Assembly: GCA_034226945.1 (NCBI GenBank)
Contig: CP120463.1
Coordinates: forward strand, 496,001 to 560,000
Direction: 5' to 3'
Length of the DNA: 64,000 bases
Origin: Picochlorum sp. SENEW3
Lineage: Eukaryota
In this document: positions 61,078-64,000 of the stretch, in pieces
Layout of the letters: each line of letters begins with the position of its first letter
How positions within the stretch are numbered: the first letter of the stretch is position 1
Translations under genes and position numbers: made by a program
The notes under the pieces: generated by a model
What the model was told of the DNA's origin: nothing
Database searches by the model: none
What the model saw: the letters and a program-made list of their open reading frames with translations, nothing else

Positions 61078-62288
61078 CTATGTTTCTGTATTGGGAAATA
61101 ATGCATCAACAAAAGAAACTGGATCAAATGGCTGCAAGTCCTCGACTGATTCTCCTACCCCAACCATTTTGATTGGCAAACCAAGGCTATCAACAACACT
61201 GACCACAGCACCTCCCCGTGATGTTCCGTCCAATTTGGTCAGGATAATTCCTGAAAGCTGAACGGATTCATTGAATTCTTTTGCCTGATTGAGCATGTTC
61301 ATCCCCGTTGTCCCATCCAGCACAAGCAAGGTCTCATGTGGTGCTCCATCCAATCTCTTGCCAATGCTTTTTTTGCATTTGGCAAGCTCTTCCATCAGAC
61401 TCCAATTTGTATGCAGCCTTCCACTTGTATCACACAGAACTAAATCAATTCCCTTCTCCATAGCTGAGCCGACTGCCTTGTATAACACAGTATCTGGTCT
61501 AGTTTTCTCATTTTCAGCCATGACTATTTCTGCTGAACTCCTTTGTGCCCACTGCTCTAATTGCTCTCCAGCAGCAGCCCTGAACGTATCACCCGCGGCG
61601 AGCATGACGGACGCCCCTTCTTGGGAAAATTTATATGCTAATTTACCAATTGTTGTCGTCTTACCTCCACCATTGACTCCTACAATGAGCAGGACAGATG
61701 GTTTCTCGTTGCTGAGGTTGAGCTCGCTCCCATTCCCACGATTTGACAAGATATCGACGATCAATCCTTTCATCGCATCTCGTATTTCCCCACCAGTTTT
61801 TAATTCCCCGGTCTGGACTCTTTCCCGGATTTGATCGACGATCTTGAACGCAGTCGTGGGGCCGAAATCAGCCATCTACAATGTCAGATACACAATTCAT
61901 GAGTTACTGAATACGTCATTGTGCACGAATATTCCAATGTAAACGCACAATTAATGCATCTTCGAGCTCTTCTAATTCATCATCTGCATCTTCTAGGTTC
62001 CAATATGTAAATAGCTCTTCGAGAACACCCAACTTTGCCCTCGTCTTTTCTGTCCCTTTGACAATCCTGTCAAAATCTTGCGAAGCCTTTTCCTTGACAA
62101 CTCTAGCCATTTTCTGAAGTACATTGGGACTTGAATGGACCTAAAATATATAAAGGATGACATATAAAAGAATAATCATCATTGAAAAGGCCAAGATGAA
62201 TTGTAAGACGCACAATGTGGGTTGTTCGACTGCTTCTCCGACAGTGATACAAAGGTCTTCCTGTGGTAGCTGCGGATTTTGACCACAT
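61078..62288 (-). CDS. ftsY: Chloroplast SRP receptor cpFtsY; 2 introns
   Basis: GVNGGGKTTTIGKLA, DTFRAAA, DTSGRLHTN, DGTTG, TKLDGTSRGG, GVGESVEDLQPFD; transit-like exon 1. Confidence 0.95.
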
Positions 62289-62386
62289 TTTGCTTTGAAT
62301 ATATCTATAGATGAATAAAATTCAATTTCGACTGTCCTTGCTTGACTCTGGGTAGTGACCAGTGTCCACAGTACATTTCCTTATCC

Positions 62387-62406
62387 AGATGACGGATCCG
62401 TCATCT
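62387..62406. repeat. Perfect 20-bp palindrome AGATGACGGATCCGTCATCT
   Basis: Reads identically on both strands; lies in the kinase-cpFtsY spacer. Confidence 0.9.
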
Positions 62407-62602
62407 CTTTGGAGGATTGCGGAGACACATGTGCAGATCTAGGGACAAGCTTCTAGAGACAAGTCTCGGATGCGCTGGTATCAGGTCTAGATTGAATTCC
62501 ACAGTCTTACATATGCATTGGTTTGTCAAGTCATGACACGAGATGGCAATTATTGTACAAAATAGGGACAGAAACATGTCTCTGTATTGGCATTTTATTG
62601 CC

Positions 62603-64000
62603 TTAGGAATCTGGAATCTGGAATCCTGAAATTTCCTTTATGGCCCTTTTACTCTTATCCATCCAGCAATTGATTGCGTCAATGTCAGATGCAGGCACCG
62701 CTGTATCATTGGCAGGGTCCACTTTTCCAAGCACAGACACAACCTTTTCAAAACGTTGATATGGCAGCCGTGCATCAAAATGTCTATACAGCATTTGCAT
62801 AAATTCGTCTCTTTTAGTTTCCGACCGATTAAGGGCAGCACAGATGCATTCCTCTGGTGACAATGCACGGATTTTCGCCTGGGAGAATTTGCTCAGATGC
62901 TCTTTAACTTTGGTAGATACTGTCATGTTATTCTTCGCCATCAATGTCCCCACGTCCTCGCTAGTCAATAGATGTCCCGTATTTTTTACCTCTTGCACCA
63001 CCAAATCACACATCTCAGTGGTTGCACCTGCTTCCATTGCTTGCCTCGAGGTGAACATTGCCTCACGATGCACCCTTGTGTTGCTTGCAAATCTGCGTAA
63101 ATTTTGCAATACTGATGGATCTAAAGGATGATGTGGAGCCGCCTCATTAAGCCATCGGTGGCGGAGAATATACTGAGTGTCTGGCCTTTTGTCGGGATTC
63201 TTTTGAAGCAATTGCTTTATCAAGCCCTTGGCTGGCTTCGAAATGGATGGCCATGGGGTGGCACTAAAGTCTGGCTCTGAATACAAAATCTTGTCAAATG
63301 TGCTCCCACCATCCCGCTCATCAAAAGGAGGGTACCCAGCAAGCATGACATATAAACATACTCCGAGACTCCATACATCCGCTTTAGGACCATAGTTTCT
63401 GTTCAATACCTCTGGTGCCACGTAATATTCAGACCCAACAACTGATTTGAAGTTTTTCCCAGTTGTGAAAAACTGGGAGAGTCCAAAATCAGCCGCTTTT
63501 ACTTTTGCATTCTTCTCCTTAGAAGAGAATAAAAAGTTTTCAGGCTTAATGTCGCGATGTGCGATGCCCAGTGTATGGCAATGATGAACCAGTTCAACCA
63601 TTTGTCTAAACACCCTGGATATGTAATGCTCAGTCACACTCCCCATATCAATGAATCTATCAAAAATCTGCCCTCCATCGCACAACTCAAGGATCAAATA
63701 TACTGCCTCATTGTCCTCATAGACTTTGCATAGAGCAGCCACGGACGGGTGAGAACTCAGTAACTGCATTCAAATGGACCCAGGAGATGAGCTTTCGTTA
63801 TACACAAATTGCATGCAAGAAAGATATACACAGTGCATACCATGAGAATTTGAACCTCCCGTCGGATGTCTTCAACATCCGCCTTTCGCTTCATTTGACC
63901 CTTTTCAATCTTTTTGCACGCGAATACTTCTCCAGTAGCCCTATTTCTACAACGTGTCACAACACCAAAGGCTCCCTCACCAAGCAACTCTCCAATCTCA
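62603..64000 (-). CDS. CDPK-family Ser/Thr kinase with degenerate calmodulin-like domain; 5' end outside the window; intron ~63770-63840
   Basis: LGEGAFG, FACKKI, EDIRREVQI, HRDIKPENFLF, DFGLS, GSEYYVAPEVL, DVWSLGV, junction LQNLRRF. Confidence 0.88.

Noticed and set aside
1..64000. CRISPR arrays, tRNA/rRNA genes, transposons, viral inserts
   Set aside because: No repeat-spacer arrays, cloverleaf or rRNA signatures, transposase/RT/integrase motifs or terminal repeats seen

Overview
Gene-dense eukaryotic nuclear DNA with short GT-AG introns (donors mostly GTACGT/GTGCGT/GTATGT), very short intergenic spacers, TGTAA poly(A)-type signals and nucleus-encoded plastid proteins. This is consistent with a compact green-algal genome (Picochlorum-like trebouxiophyte; inference). 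The flanks hold housekeeping genes: AP-2 alpha-adaptin, an RBM45-like multi-RRM protein, plastid S17, SAC1, PurL, RETICULATA-like, hexose-6-P epimerase, VPS18, mitochondrial uL2, SBDS, P5CR, cpFtsY and a CDPK-like kinase. The centre (~23.4-56.9 kb, minus strand) appears to be one spliced gene for a giant AT-less type I modular PKS of roughly 10,500 aa, with 9 KS, 9 ACP, 7 KR, 5 intact-looking DH and 1 ER, and no AT or loading domain. It ends in a thioesterase with a Cys nucleophile (GTCLG) plus a C-terminal membrane helix, and its KS domains fall into two motif classes that track the chemistry of the upstream module. Other notable items are a probable bicistronic locus (small ORF whose stop overlaps the SAC1 start, ATGA), an SBDS with an MBD-like tail, a VPS18 RING missing one zinc site, and a type I membrane protein with repeated RRL processing-like sites. 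Splice sites and domain boundaries were read by eye and are approximate.
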